From NCBI RefSeq assembly GCF_000743755.1, contig NW_014569455.1, positions 1-34,048 of the forward strand: 34,048 bases of DNA, in the 5' to 3' direction. The stretch comes from Blastocystis sp. subtype 4. Taxonomy: Eukaryota. How positions within the stretch are numbered: the first letter of the stretch is position 1; each line of letters begins with the position of its first letter. This document shows positions 11,201-22,134 of the stretch, piece by piece. The notes below the pieces were generated by a model that did not search any database, was not told where the DNA came from, and saw only the letters and a program-made list of their open reading frames with translations. The position numbers and the translations under genes were made by a program.

Positions 11201-14172
11201 ATGGAGATCAAACGAAAATCACCACGGAGTATCTCTCTTGATCGTTTGAAGTGGTTTGAAGTGATGGATAGTCAGACATAGAGAATTGTATGAAGAACTA
11301 CAGAAGAGGATGGGAAAGAAGGGGAAGCGGCAAGATAAAGCTATTACTTTAATTCTGAAAGAATTCGCTGAGGTTCTTATTAACGGAGAGAGTATCAGCA
11401 GTCAATTCTTCGAGTAATATTTATGGACCCATTTGAATCATTTCTAGTTTCTTTTTAGAGGAAAAGATATTGGGAGATATCATTTCGATAATCTATCAAG
11501 AAAGATCTAATGAAACCAAAGTACAAGTGATACAGACCATCAGCATCCTTGTTCAGAATATCCATGATGAAAAGTCGTTATGTCCTTATAATTCGTTCCT
11601 ATAATAAGTAGTCTTCCTTCTCTCTAATAACCATATAAATAATATCATTACAGCACCTTTGGATTTTCAAGATGAGGATATTGTCTCTCAATACATTTCA
11701 TTCATGAAGGTATTATCTCTTTCCGTCAATGAAAACACAATCCATTTCTTTACTAACAATGTCATTTCATTATTCTTTCCTTAGGTTTAGACAGATCCTT
11801 CCAATCCTTTTCCCTTGTTCTCGCTCTGTTCACGTTTCTTTGATCATCCAGAAGGGATGGTTCGAATTGCTGTTCGAACAATCACCTTCAATTGTCTCAA
11901 AGGTTTGATTCATTTTTCTTCTCTATCTCTAGTCCAGACACCTGATGTAGAGGCCTTCATGAATCTTCCTGCCTCACAGAAGTATTTCCGTCAATTGGTT
12001 TACTATGTGATTTCGTTGATTGTAACGTTGAATCGTCTAATTGAAGAATCGTAAAGTATTTCTATTCTTGATGATTCTAGTGATTTCCACAAAGCAGCTC
12101 AATTGGTTCAGACTGTCTCGGATGAATTGTTTATTCTTCATGATTTGATGCATTGTAAGGTACCCTGTGTCGAAGAATGCATCTCTACTACTATTATTCG
12201 ATCCCTTCTTCAACATGTCTGTTTCCCCGCGATTCAAAATTGTTTAAGTGAAACACCTTCCTCTGCTACGAAAGTAACTCTTCCCTTCCTTTCTCATCAG
12301 CAGTATGACTTATCTTTCAAAACAGCTCTTCTTGTGATTCCTCTGATTCTCGAGGCGATTCCTTCGATATCCTTTCTTATCATTCTCTTTCTGTCTCCTT
12401 CACTCCACGGACCTGTTAGTGAAGTGGTCGAGTCATTCTTCTTCCAGGACCTGGAAATTATGTTTCCATCTCATTCTCTCGAAACTCCATCCTGTCAATC
12501 ACTGTCCACTCTCCAGAACGCAGATACGGTTGTAGTCTCTGGTTCACACACAGTGATTCCATTGATTCCAATCTCAGTAGTTTTTTCTTCAAATTCTCCT
12601 AATACTCAGACGAAAGAGTTCTCACCACGACCATCCTGGAAAGTTGTGTCCAGTACATTGCATCGAGCGAGTAGTACCCGTGAGATCATGGAGAAAGAGG
12701 AATCATCTGTATCAGTTGATGATATGATTACAACTCCTACTCCGTGTGATGATGCTCATTACTCGGATTGTCTGTTTTTGTCTCTGTTCTTTCATTTTGA
12801 TGATGTGATTTCTGTGAATATGTTGTGATCATAGATACCAGCCAAACTTCAGGTTCTATTGTGTTTGCATGCCATGTTGAGAACACGGAGACACCATAAT
12901 AACGAAGTCAAATGGAAACCAGATGATTCTCTTCAAACCTTTTTAAATTCCTCTTCCACTTCAATATTGGTTGAAATTGGTCGAATTCTGTATTCATCAG
13001 CTTGTAGTGTTCTAGGAGTTAAAATTTGTACACATATTCTTCCTTTTCTTTCATTTCAATCCAATTCTTCCGTTTCATCCCTTCTTTTGGACAAGTAAGA
13101 TAATCATCTTTACTGTTACTTAGTATCACTTCTCGAATCGATACACTCAAAAGACTAATTTCACAACAGAGTCCTTCTCTTCTTCTCTACCAGATTATTG
13201 GTACTTCCTTTTTTTTGACATTGCGTCGATATGAACCGTATCTTGCGTCTCAGAGTGGAGTGGGACGAAGGATTTCCCCACTTGAATTGAATGAACATCA
13301 AATCACCACAAACGTTTATATGACGCGTCCAGGAAAGGCCAATATCAATTCGCTGCGAGATGAGGATGTGGAAGGAACTGGTATTTATGAAATATCGAAG
13401 AATATTTGTATGACAGAATTCCCTCAGATCTTTGGAAAGATGATTCGAAGTCAATTAACCGTATTCTTATTGGTTGAGTGTTATTCTAGTCACTTCTGGT
13501 CATTTTGAATCGGTTGCGTTCGCTTGAAGAGAATGCATTTTGTCATAGTTTCATCCAGCAATTGATTACGTTGATTCCACGCTCAGTGGTGAAATGTGGC
13601 GAACAGGTTCAGTTGAATCCTTCTATGGATTACATTTCTTGCAATGTGGTAATCCTTCCAACAACAAAGATTCCTTCTGATTCTACGATGTTGCAGCAAA
13701 TGAAAGAAAAACTTGGAAATCGCTCTTATAACCTTCCTGCTTATTTGTTCATTGGATCAACACAATTTGGTGTTGTGGAGATGGTACGTGGAGTGATGTC
13801 TGTGGGAACGGTTCGTGTGCTAAGTAAATTCTGCGATTTGGTAGATGTAACGATTGAAGGGACAAATAAACGGTGTATCGTTGTGATTGTAATTCTAGTT
13901 GATGTCTATTAGCATAGATGCAGTGTTCTAGTGAATACGATCTTTGTTCTGCGAAGAGTGTTTCTTCTGAGAAAGAAGCCTCTTTGATAGACAAGACATA
14001 TCGGTATCAATGTCGATTGTATTTACGGTTTTTATCTTCGCAAAGTGCCCATAAAGCCTATTCAAAGTTGATAGCAAAACGAAACTTGTATTTCGAGGAA
14101 TCTGCCCATAAAGTAGAATTGGTTAGTTAATCTGACTGTTAGATAGTGGACGTATTATCAGTATCTGTGTAA
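11201..14172 (+). CDS. CLEC16A: CLEC16A / TT9 / GOP-1 family FPL-domain protein
   Basis: FFEFFLEEK, VQVIQTISILVQNI, LLSNNHIN, DFQDEDIVSQYISFMK, FPL and FFDHPEGMVRIAVRTIT motifs; many ~30-nt introns; TAA at 14170-14172. Confidence 0.92.
12367..12408 (+). other. Putative U12-type AT-AC intron (42 nt, phase 0) in CLEC16A
   Basis: Starts with ATATCCTTT, has branch-like TCCTTCAC at 12396-12403 and ends in CAC. Removal gives a gap-free alignment to the recalled CLEC16A helix. Confidence 0.75.
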
Positions 14173-14241
14173 AGAATGCCATTTGAATGTGTCTGTTATG
14201 AAACATGTTGTTAAATAGGGAGAGGAAAAGAACTTAATGGA

Positions 14242-14314
14242 GCGGCTTTGGCTCAGTTGGAAGAGCGTGGGTCTCATAATCCCAAGGTCGTGAGTTCGAT
14301 CCTCACAAGCCGCA
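14242..14314 (+). tRNA. tRNA-Met: tRNA-Met (CAT), elongator type
   Basis: Acceptor stem GCGGCTT/AAGCCGC, A-box TGGCTCAGTTGG, anticodon loop CTCATAA with the U31-U39 pair typical of eukaryotic elongator tRNA-Met, TTCGA T-loop and a T-run downstream. Confidence 0.97.
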
Positions 14315-14411
14315 TTCTTTTTCTCTGTTTATCATATTCATTGATCAGTGCTCAATAACTTGAAAGTAATACTTGCCAATTGTGTTTCCATAATTGATTC
14401 TCTGATTACAA

Positions 14412-15921
14412 ATGATTGTCCAATTATATATCCATGGAGCTTTACGACAACTGGATATAAGCAACTGTGAAACAGGGAAGGATATTAAGGTGGCAATCTC
14501 GAAAACTGTAATTAACGAGAATTGGGTAGTGTAATTATTAGTTTTTGATTCCTGTTGCTGATCAGAAACTTTCTTTCAGCGAACAAGAAATTAAGGATGA
14601 TGATCTAGTATCTGGTGTAATTCGTGTGTAATGAATAGATCTCTGAAAAGAACATTACCAATAATGACATATTGTTACTCGAATCCATCTCTGAAAGTGT
14701 GGTTGTCAAAAGAGTGTTATGAGGTAGATCAAGCGACACCTTACTATCGAATGCTTCTTCAAACTCCTGTTAGTCAGATTCCTGACTTATATCGAGACAA
14801 TCCTCCTTTCAAACAATTTGTCAAGATTCTTACCTTCTGTAATTGTAGATTGACTCAAAGTTGCCTCCACTGCAGGATTTATTGCGAGAGAATGATACAG
14901 AGGGGTTACTAAGGTTGGTCCTTTTTGTTTTGTATGATTTGTTAGATTTCTATGCTATTCTGTAGTTACTTCGTATATCAAGCGTTGGAATCAAACACAG
15001 GTAGCGGTTTAGGTGTTGTTAACAGTTCAGGAAAAGAAGGTCCTTGAGCGTGGATCTGCGGATGAAATGGATCCAGAATATCAGAAGAAGGTATATGAAG
15101 TAAGAATGGAGATCGATTGTGAAAGTAGGCAATTCGGAATGAAAATCTGAATCTAACACGTGTTCAAGTTTTAGACGCGAGACCTATACACCTCTATCTC
15201 GTTACATACATTAATGATGTATGAGTATTGTCGTTTCTTCATGATAGGTTCAAGTTAACTTTGTTGTGGATACAGGAGCTCAGAGTACCATTCTCTCATC
15301 CGATGTTGCCGAAGCCACAAAGGTGGCCCGAGTAGTTGATGAGAGTGAATCAGTACAACTAAACTCATAATTCCATTGTAGATTGATATTTATGGTGTTG
15401 GAAGTGGTCGTACCATGGGAATGGTCAACGCCCATGATATCTGCATCGAGGGTGAATATTTTGCTGTAAAGAGTCAAGTGGTTCCAAAGAAGAATATTGC
15501 AAATAGTTGTCTTCTTGGATTGGACTTCTTGAAGCAGTATAAGGCTGTGATCGACATTGAGTCAGATACACTTACTGTTGAAATCAATAATAAAAAGATC
15601 AAAGCGAAATTGATTGAATCTGCTGTTGAAATAGTGAAATAGGGTAATTATGTAGTGGATTGACCCACTTGCTAAATACAACGAAGATGGGACATTTGAG
15701 AAGGAAGAACAACCAATGGATGTAGAGGAAGAGTCTGGAGAGGAGATCCCATTGGATCCTTCGGAACAACAGATTCTGGACACAGCAAATCAATTACAAG
15801 CAATGGGATATTCTGCTGAAGATGTTTAATTGATGAATGAATGTGAAGTGTAGAGTATGAATGCTTCGGCTCAGGCAAATGGAAACATTGAGCTGGCCAT
15901 TACGTTATTAGAAGGAAACTG
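14412..15921 (+). CDS. DDI1: DNA-damage inducible protein 1 (UBL, retroviral-like aspartyl protease, UBA); stop predicted as TG+A from poly(A)
   Basis: UBL-like N-terminus, MDPEYQKKVYEAIRNEN, catalytic VDTGAQST, LLGLDFLKQYKAVID, and UBA LQAMGY...ANGNIELAITLLEGN. Confidence 0.9.
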
Positions 15922-15925
15922 GATT

Positions 15926-15933
15926 TGTTTGTT
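15926..15933 (+). terminator. TGTTTGTT polyadenylation element of DDI1
   Basis: Perfect motif 4 nt after in-frame TG (15920-15921). Confidence 0.8.
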
Positions 15934-16021
15934 TAGATTACTTTTGGATTCGTAGGTCTAAGGATAGGGCGAGGCGTGAATGATCCTTTACTAACACTTA
16001 ATAGATTAAGGAATCGAAATA

Positions 16022-18535
16022 ATGAGTACAAGTCGAGAGCGTTATCGAGATCGAGATGAGGTTTGTTTTCTGTCTCGATGGTAATTCCGTAGGGTAGCAA
16101 GAACGATGGATTTAAATACGTTCCTCCTCATGGAAGAAAGAATCCTAAGCAACGTGATGGGTTTCGAGCCCCATCAAGTCCTTTTATTCGTGATGACTAT
16201 CCAAAGCGAGCAAGTGGAAATGGGTCCTCCTCTTGATTTGTAGCAATTCGTTATTCCTTTGAAGATTTGTTAAGTTTTTACCATCCTCCTACTCTTCCAG
16301 ATCATTTGAGTGGAAAGACCGATGTAGAGAGTTGTTTGGTTTGTTGAAGATAAGATTAACTCTGAGCCAATTATACCGTGGTGTTTGAGTCCGATTACCC
16401 AAGAGGAAGTAATTATTTGGAGAGGTTTCCATTTTTAGTTGGATGCGGCTTGGGATCGTTGCTACATCTTTAAAGGCAAGAGTTCAAACAAAAAGCCTCA
16501 TTTGAAGCCTGTAGATATTACAGCAGAGGCTGTAGATGTGATTCAGACGCTTATTGCTACGGTACAACAGGAACCATTGGGAAGGGAAATTTCTAAGGAG
16601 AGAGAGGAACAGGAGGAGAGGACAGGGAAGTTGAAGGAGGAAAAGACAGAAGAGAAGGAGAAGACAGAGGAATTGAAAGAGGAGAAGGAAGAAATGAATG
16701 AGGAGAAGGTAATGAATGAAGCAAAGGGACCAATGGAAGAGCCGGAAGCTGAGGTAGTGAAGGAGGAGCGACAAGAGATGGAGACGACCCAGAGGAAACC
16801 TTCAGATGGTGAGACTAGGCAGGAACCCAAACCAGTAGCGTCTCCAATTGAACTGGGTATGTACCATGTCACTCACAGTTTGGAACCAAGTGTTGTAATT
16901 CAGCAGACGGCCTCTCGCGAGTCGATTCCTCTCTCTCTGGAGGATGTCGATCACCTTTTGAATGGGGTTGGTGAAGAAGAGCCAGAAGAGGAAGGTGTGT
17001 GGCGATATATTGACGCTCAGGGTTTCGAGCGTGGTCCTTTCGACTCCAGCACAATGAGAGCATGGTGGGATAATGGATTTCTCACGCAGTCACTGGTAGT
17101 GAAGTACAAAGAGGGTTCCTGGAGACCCATTCAAACATGTTACACTTCTCTTGAGAACGTTTTTCTGGAGCCTCCGATGGAAGAAATGTCTGCCAAATTA
17201 GCTTGGAAGGAACCAATGCGTCATTCAGCAACAGAACGTCGTGTAAGCGATGCGAGAAGAGTATGATGTGTAGTTACCGAAGACACTGAAGTCTGTGATG
17301 AGGAAACGGGAGAAGGAAATCCCAGAACCTCAGACCCAGACAGTAACTCCGGTCGAGATCCCTCCGATTCAAGCAGTAGATGCTGTGAGTCTTTCTACGG
17401 TTCTCTCGTTACAACAACAAACAGCTGAAGAAGAGTTGGAAAAGGAAACACACAAGGATGAAACTCCTTATCATCCTCCAGCATCCAATCAGATTCCAGC
17501 TTTGACATTAGAGCGAGATGCACGTAAGATCACCATCCCTTCTTTAGAGGCTGCTCCTGTTCCAGCTCCTTCCGCTCCTGTCTCTCAGCCACCCAAACCA
17601 GTGATCTCTCCATGGACACGACAACGACTTGATCAAGTCGCTTTTTCTCCCGTCGATCTCGCGAGTAAGATGGGTTGGACTATTAACGAACATCCTAAGA
17701 CGCCATGGGAGACACAGCAGAAGGCTTCGTCAAGCTATTCAGATCGGGTTGGTACGATGTTATCAACAAGCGAAGCGAAGAAGGATATAGTTTGGAATAT
17801 CCCTTCAACTCCTGCAGCAGTGCCATTGGAACAAATCCTTCGTGAGCAACAGGAGGAGAAGAAGGCGGTTGCAGTAGCAAAACAACCATCACCTGCTCCT
17901 ACACCAGTTTCTGCTCCTGGGAAGAAAGGTAAAGGAACCCAGTGGACACGGGTGGATTTGGCTAAACAGACCTCTTCTACTCGTCCTGCAGCACGATCTG
18001 TTCCTTCGGGAAAGAGTTTCCAGGAAATTATGGAAGAGCAAAAGCAGGTAAGGATGGAAAGATATTGTGAATTGTAGCAAAAACAGAAGAAGGAACAGGA
18101 GAAGATGAAGCCGAAGTCCGGAACATGGAGTACTTTGTTTGCCTCCAACGCATTGCCTGTACTCGGAGGGAAACACGAGAAACCAACTGGAAAGAATGTG
18201 ACTCCTGCAAGTGAAGGCCAATTGTTCTGGGAAGTTGCAGAGAGCAAAACAAAGAAAGAGACGAAGGAAGTTCCGAAGGCTGTTTCTATTGATAGTAGGT
18301 TATTAGGAAAGGATAAGAAATAGAATATTCCAAAGAGGAGTTTGATAATTGGTGTCGACAACAGATGTTGAGTCTTTCTGGAAGTGATGATATTTCGCTT
18401 CTTGAATTCTGCTTTGGTTTAGATGATGACCAGACTCTTTCGTATTTCCAGGATTATCTTGGTTCTTCGAAAGCTGTTCTGCAGTTTGGCAAGGAATTCC
18501 TTCGAAGAAAGCAATCTCTTAGTTCTTCGAAATGA
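16022..18535 (+). CDS. GIGYF: GYF-domain protein, GIGYF/Smy2 family
   Basis: N-terminal IRYSFEDLLSFY and PIIPWCLSPITQEE; GYF domain WRYIDAQGFERGPF...WWDNGFL; C-terminal EEFDNWCRQQM...YFQDYLG...FGKEFLRRK; TGA at 18533-18535. Confidence 0.85.
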
Positions 18536-18647
18536 TAAATCTGTTTGTTGAACAACGAACCACGGTTTTTTAAACTTTTCCCTCCTTGGTAATCTTTTAA
18601 TCGATTCGTATTACCTTTTCCTGCTACGTAATCGGATCGTACAAAAG

Positions 18648-19648
18648 ATGGATAGCCTCCGAACAGACGAGTCTATGCCCTCATCTCCAAATCATGAGAA
18701 CAAGAGTCCAAATGATAACAACAAGGTGCTATCAATAGTTCCAATTCATATGTAGAATGTTACGCGAAATATCCAAGGAATTGATGTGATGCATGTGTTG
18801 ATAGAAATGAAGCGAAATGAACATAAAAACTTCGTTTATTGTCCCACTCGATCCTATGTTAAATACTATGAAGATATCTTCGCCGAACTGACTGCGTTAG
18901 AGGATGATTTGCATGTTTCTAAGCAGACAAAACAAATGGCTCTCTCGTTTGTAGTAAGGTTTCTACATAATATTTAGATACTTTTGCCGATTTCTTGAGT
19001 CTAGTCTTGTTGATCGCTTCCTGTATCCATCCTATGCCTTCATTTGTTTCATTATTGCAATGAAAATGGAAGAACCAAAAGATCTTCTTCCATGTACTCT
19101 TGATCTGGCTGCCAACTATCCTCAGTTTTTGTCTTCTCCGGAAGATCTCTATGATCTTGAAAGAGATGTCTTAGATGGGTACATCTTTGGTTGTTGTTTT
19201 TATATAGTCTGTCCTGGAAGTTGCGATGCATTACACCTATGCATTATCTCTCTATCTTTTTCATGGATCCAATAGTGTCTCGCTTAGTTCCAAGTACCAT
19301 ATTAAAATCTCAAATTCATGACAAACGTTGTGTCGATTATCTTCGTCTTTTTGCATTCTTCTTTTCTGATGTCGCCTTAGGTCATTACAAATATCGACAA
19401 TATGGTCCTTCGCTTTTGGCTGTTGCTTGTTTTGTGTGTGCCAAACATGCCTTGCAAATCAAGTACTGTTTTTGCCATTTGTTGATTTTAGACCCTATTG
19501 GGATGATTCGTATCAGGACGTGATGCAGACGACAAGTGAGGATGCATGGACAGTTCATGATGAGTTGTGGCAGGATTACTCTCGACTTTATCCGGAATGT
19601 TCGACACAGATCGAGGCTATGACACCTACGAATCCGTGGGATGTCTGA
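18648..19648 (+). CDS. Cyclin (cyclin J-like)
   Basis: Cyclin box motifs MALSYFCRFL, CFIIAMKMEE, DLERDVL..LSWKLRCITPMHYL and YGPSLLAVAC; TGA at 19646-19648. Confidence 0.85.
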
Positions 19649-19741
19649 GATGTACTCTAACACTTTATTGTTTTTGTTTGTTCCCGAAAACGACCAGAAT
19701 TTGGTTTTAGCATTATCTCGTGAACAGCAACGAAAACAAGA

Positions 19742-20261
19742 ATGGTAATTATCTATTTGACTAAAGATCATGGGTAGAACGCTCAAGTAGTTGATTCTAC
19801 AGAATTCAACAGATAGATGCCCTCTTCCCAGAGTCAGCAACAAGCAATAGAACAGCAACAGTACATTTGGATGTGAAAGGATTGATAGGCAGAGCTCAAG
19901 AGGAAGCTAGAAAGAAACTATTACACAGTATTATTGATAGTGAGGCCCGAGCAAGATGTAGGAGATTGGATAGAATGTTGATCTGTAGTGGGACGGATTG
20001 CATTAGTGGATCCAGCAAAAGCACGAAGTATTGAAGATCGAATTCTGGCTCTCGCACAACAAGGAACTCTCAGCTCTGTGGATTTCATTCGTATTGGTTC
20101 ATGAATAGGTAACAGATGCTCAAATAAAAGCAATTCTTGAGAGTATGGACACAGCAACACATACCACAGTTACTGTACTCATTGCATATTTCGATTATCA
20201 ATAGATCAAAAGAACTCGGAACTTTGATGATGAAGACGATGATGATGACGAAGATTTTTAA
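19742..20261 (+). CDS. PDCD5: Programmed cell death protein 5 (dsDNA-binding domain)
   Basis: Spliced product QEEARKKLLHSIIDSEARARLGRIALVDPAKARSIEDRILALAQQG...IKRTRNFDDEDDDDDEDF. An alternative start is possible at ATG 19817. Confidence 0.92.
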
Positions 20262-20291
20262 CATGTTTCTTATCAAACAACCCAAAAGAAC

Positions 20292-21780
20292 TTAATGTAA
20301 CTCCACCGCAGCCAGAACCATCGACTGTCCTGCAGCCACACTACGAATCATCACTTCCATCAACATCTCACTTGTAAACAATACCTGCATCACTCAATAT
20401 TTTGACTTCCGTAGCTGATACAGCATGATGATTCGGTATACCATATGGCTGCTTACGAGCATCACCCCAGGTATACAACAGACCATCTTCTATCTCTGAC
20501 TTATCAATCCATCACTGACCTGTGATTGCATCAACCATGTGACCACCACATGAAACCTCTTTTACTTTCAGTAAGCGAGCATTTTCTTCTCCATCAAACT
20601 TCTTCATAATAATCTCTTGGTATGGTGACAGATGCAATCTATCCCTTACAGGAATAACTTATTCTCACTTCATGCCCCACCAATATATGTTCCCTGACTC
20701 ACAAACGATTGCAGCACTTCCATATCCAGCAGCCATCTTCTTCACTTTCTCTCCCTCAGGTAACTCAATAGGCAGAGGAGTATAATCAATGGCATATGAA
20801 TCCAGACTCAGACCTTGACCTCGTCCTAACTGACTGTCATCATCACGACCCCATGTGTAGACATTCCCATCTTCAGTTAACATCATACAGCTGGTATGAC
20901 CACAAACGACCTACAAGTGAAATCAAATGACTGGAGTTACTTCCACAATTTTTCCATACATAGAAGAGAAATCTGATTTCTTGGGAATGAGTTCATCTTT
21001 TGTATTGTTCGTTGCTAATGCACCCTTCTGTTTATATTTTCATGTATAACATACATATTCACCACGTCCCCAAGAATACAAATCTCCCTTATCTGAAAGT
21101 GCCAACATGAAGTTACATCCTGAAGAAATATCTTTGATTGTGATTCCCTATACTCAAAATCCAACTCTAAATGAACATTATCATAAAAGTAGTCAACCAC
21201 AACAGGAGTTGGTTGATGTTCCTTATCTCCATGACCAAGAGCTCCTGCATTCCACATGGAGCCTCCCATGCCCCAAGTAAAAACATAACCTTCCTCACTT
21301 AAAGCAGCAGTGTGGTTATATCCGCAGACCACTTTCTTGATTGGGAAACCTTCCAATGTTGATACTAACTGAGGTTCTGTAATCTAATACTAACGTTCAA
21401 ACCAAAACACTACATCATCTCCGTGTCCCAGACCACATTCGTACTTTCCGTTTCTTCCCCAAGTATACAGGGACCCATCATCTACAACTCACGGTTGCTT
21501 TAAATTCAAACCAGTGACAACGGCACAATGATCGCTCCCGACAGCCAGCGATCGAACTTTTCTATCAAGTCCAACCACAGGTCGCGGAATCATCTTGTCC
21601 TTTGATTTCAGACCTGAACCAACTCCCATAATAGATGGACCCCATCCATAAACAGCAAATTCTATCCGATGAACCGAATTACGTTTGGGACATACTCGAT
21701 GTGACTTCACTCATGCTCCTCAGGAGCAGAAACGTGGAACGGTTACTGAGGACCGACGCAGAGAATTTTAAAGAAAACAT
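20292..21780 (-). CDS. RCC1-repeat beta-propeller protein with a putative mitochondrial presequence (RCC1L/Fmp25-like)
   Basis: Repeated V.CG..HT....EG.V.TWG.....LG.G units; N-terminus MFSLKFSASVLSNRSTFLLLRSMS lacks acidic residues; TAA at 20294-20292. Confidence 0.8.
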
Positions 21781-22134
21781 AAACCTCTGTTCCCCAAATT
21801 AGAAGAGTAAGGAAGTGTACGGGGTTTGATGTAACTTCTGTTCTTTGATATCTCCTGAATTACGAATGGGTAGAGCTGGAACGAACTCCTGTTGCAATAT
21901 TTGCATTCGAAAGGAGTCGTTACAACAAAAGAATGTGAATTGTGTATCTATAACCTCTTTGAAGCCGTACAACCTAGTCTGTTAGTTACTACCAACATAA
22001 AAACGTTCCATTTGGCCTAGAAGTGACATAGAAATCGAAGTGGATTTTATTGGGGAACGATTTTAATAACAAATCGTATTGACAAACAAATTGAGGTTGT
22101 CATTGACTATTCATTATTAGATTATTGTACGTGA

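Noticed and set aside
15240..15642. Retroviral-type aspartyl protease suggesting an LTR element
   Set aside because: It is flanked by UBL and UBA domains and contains introns, so it is host DDI1; no RT, integrase or LTRs.
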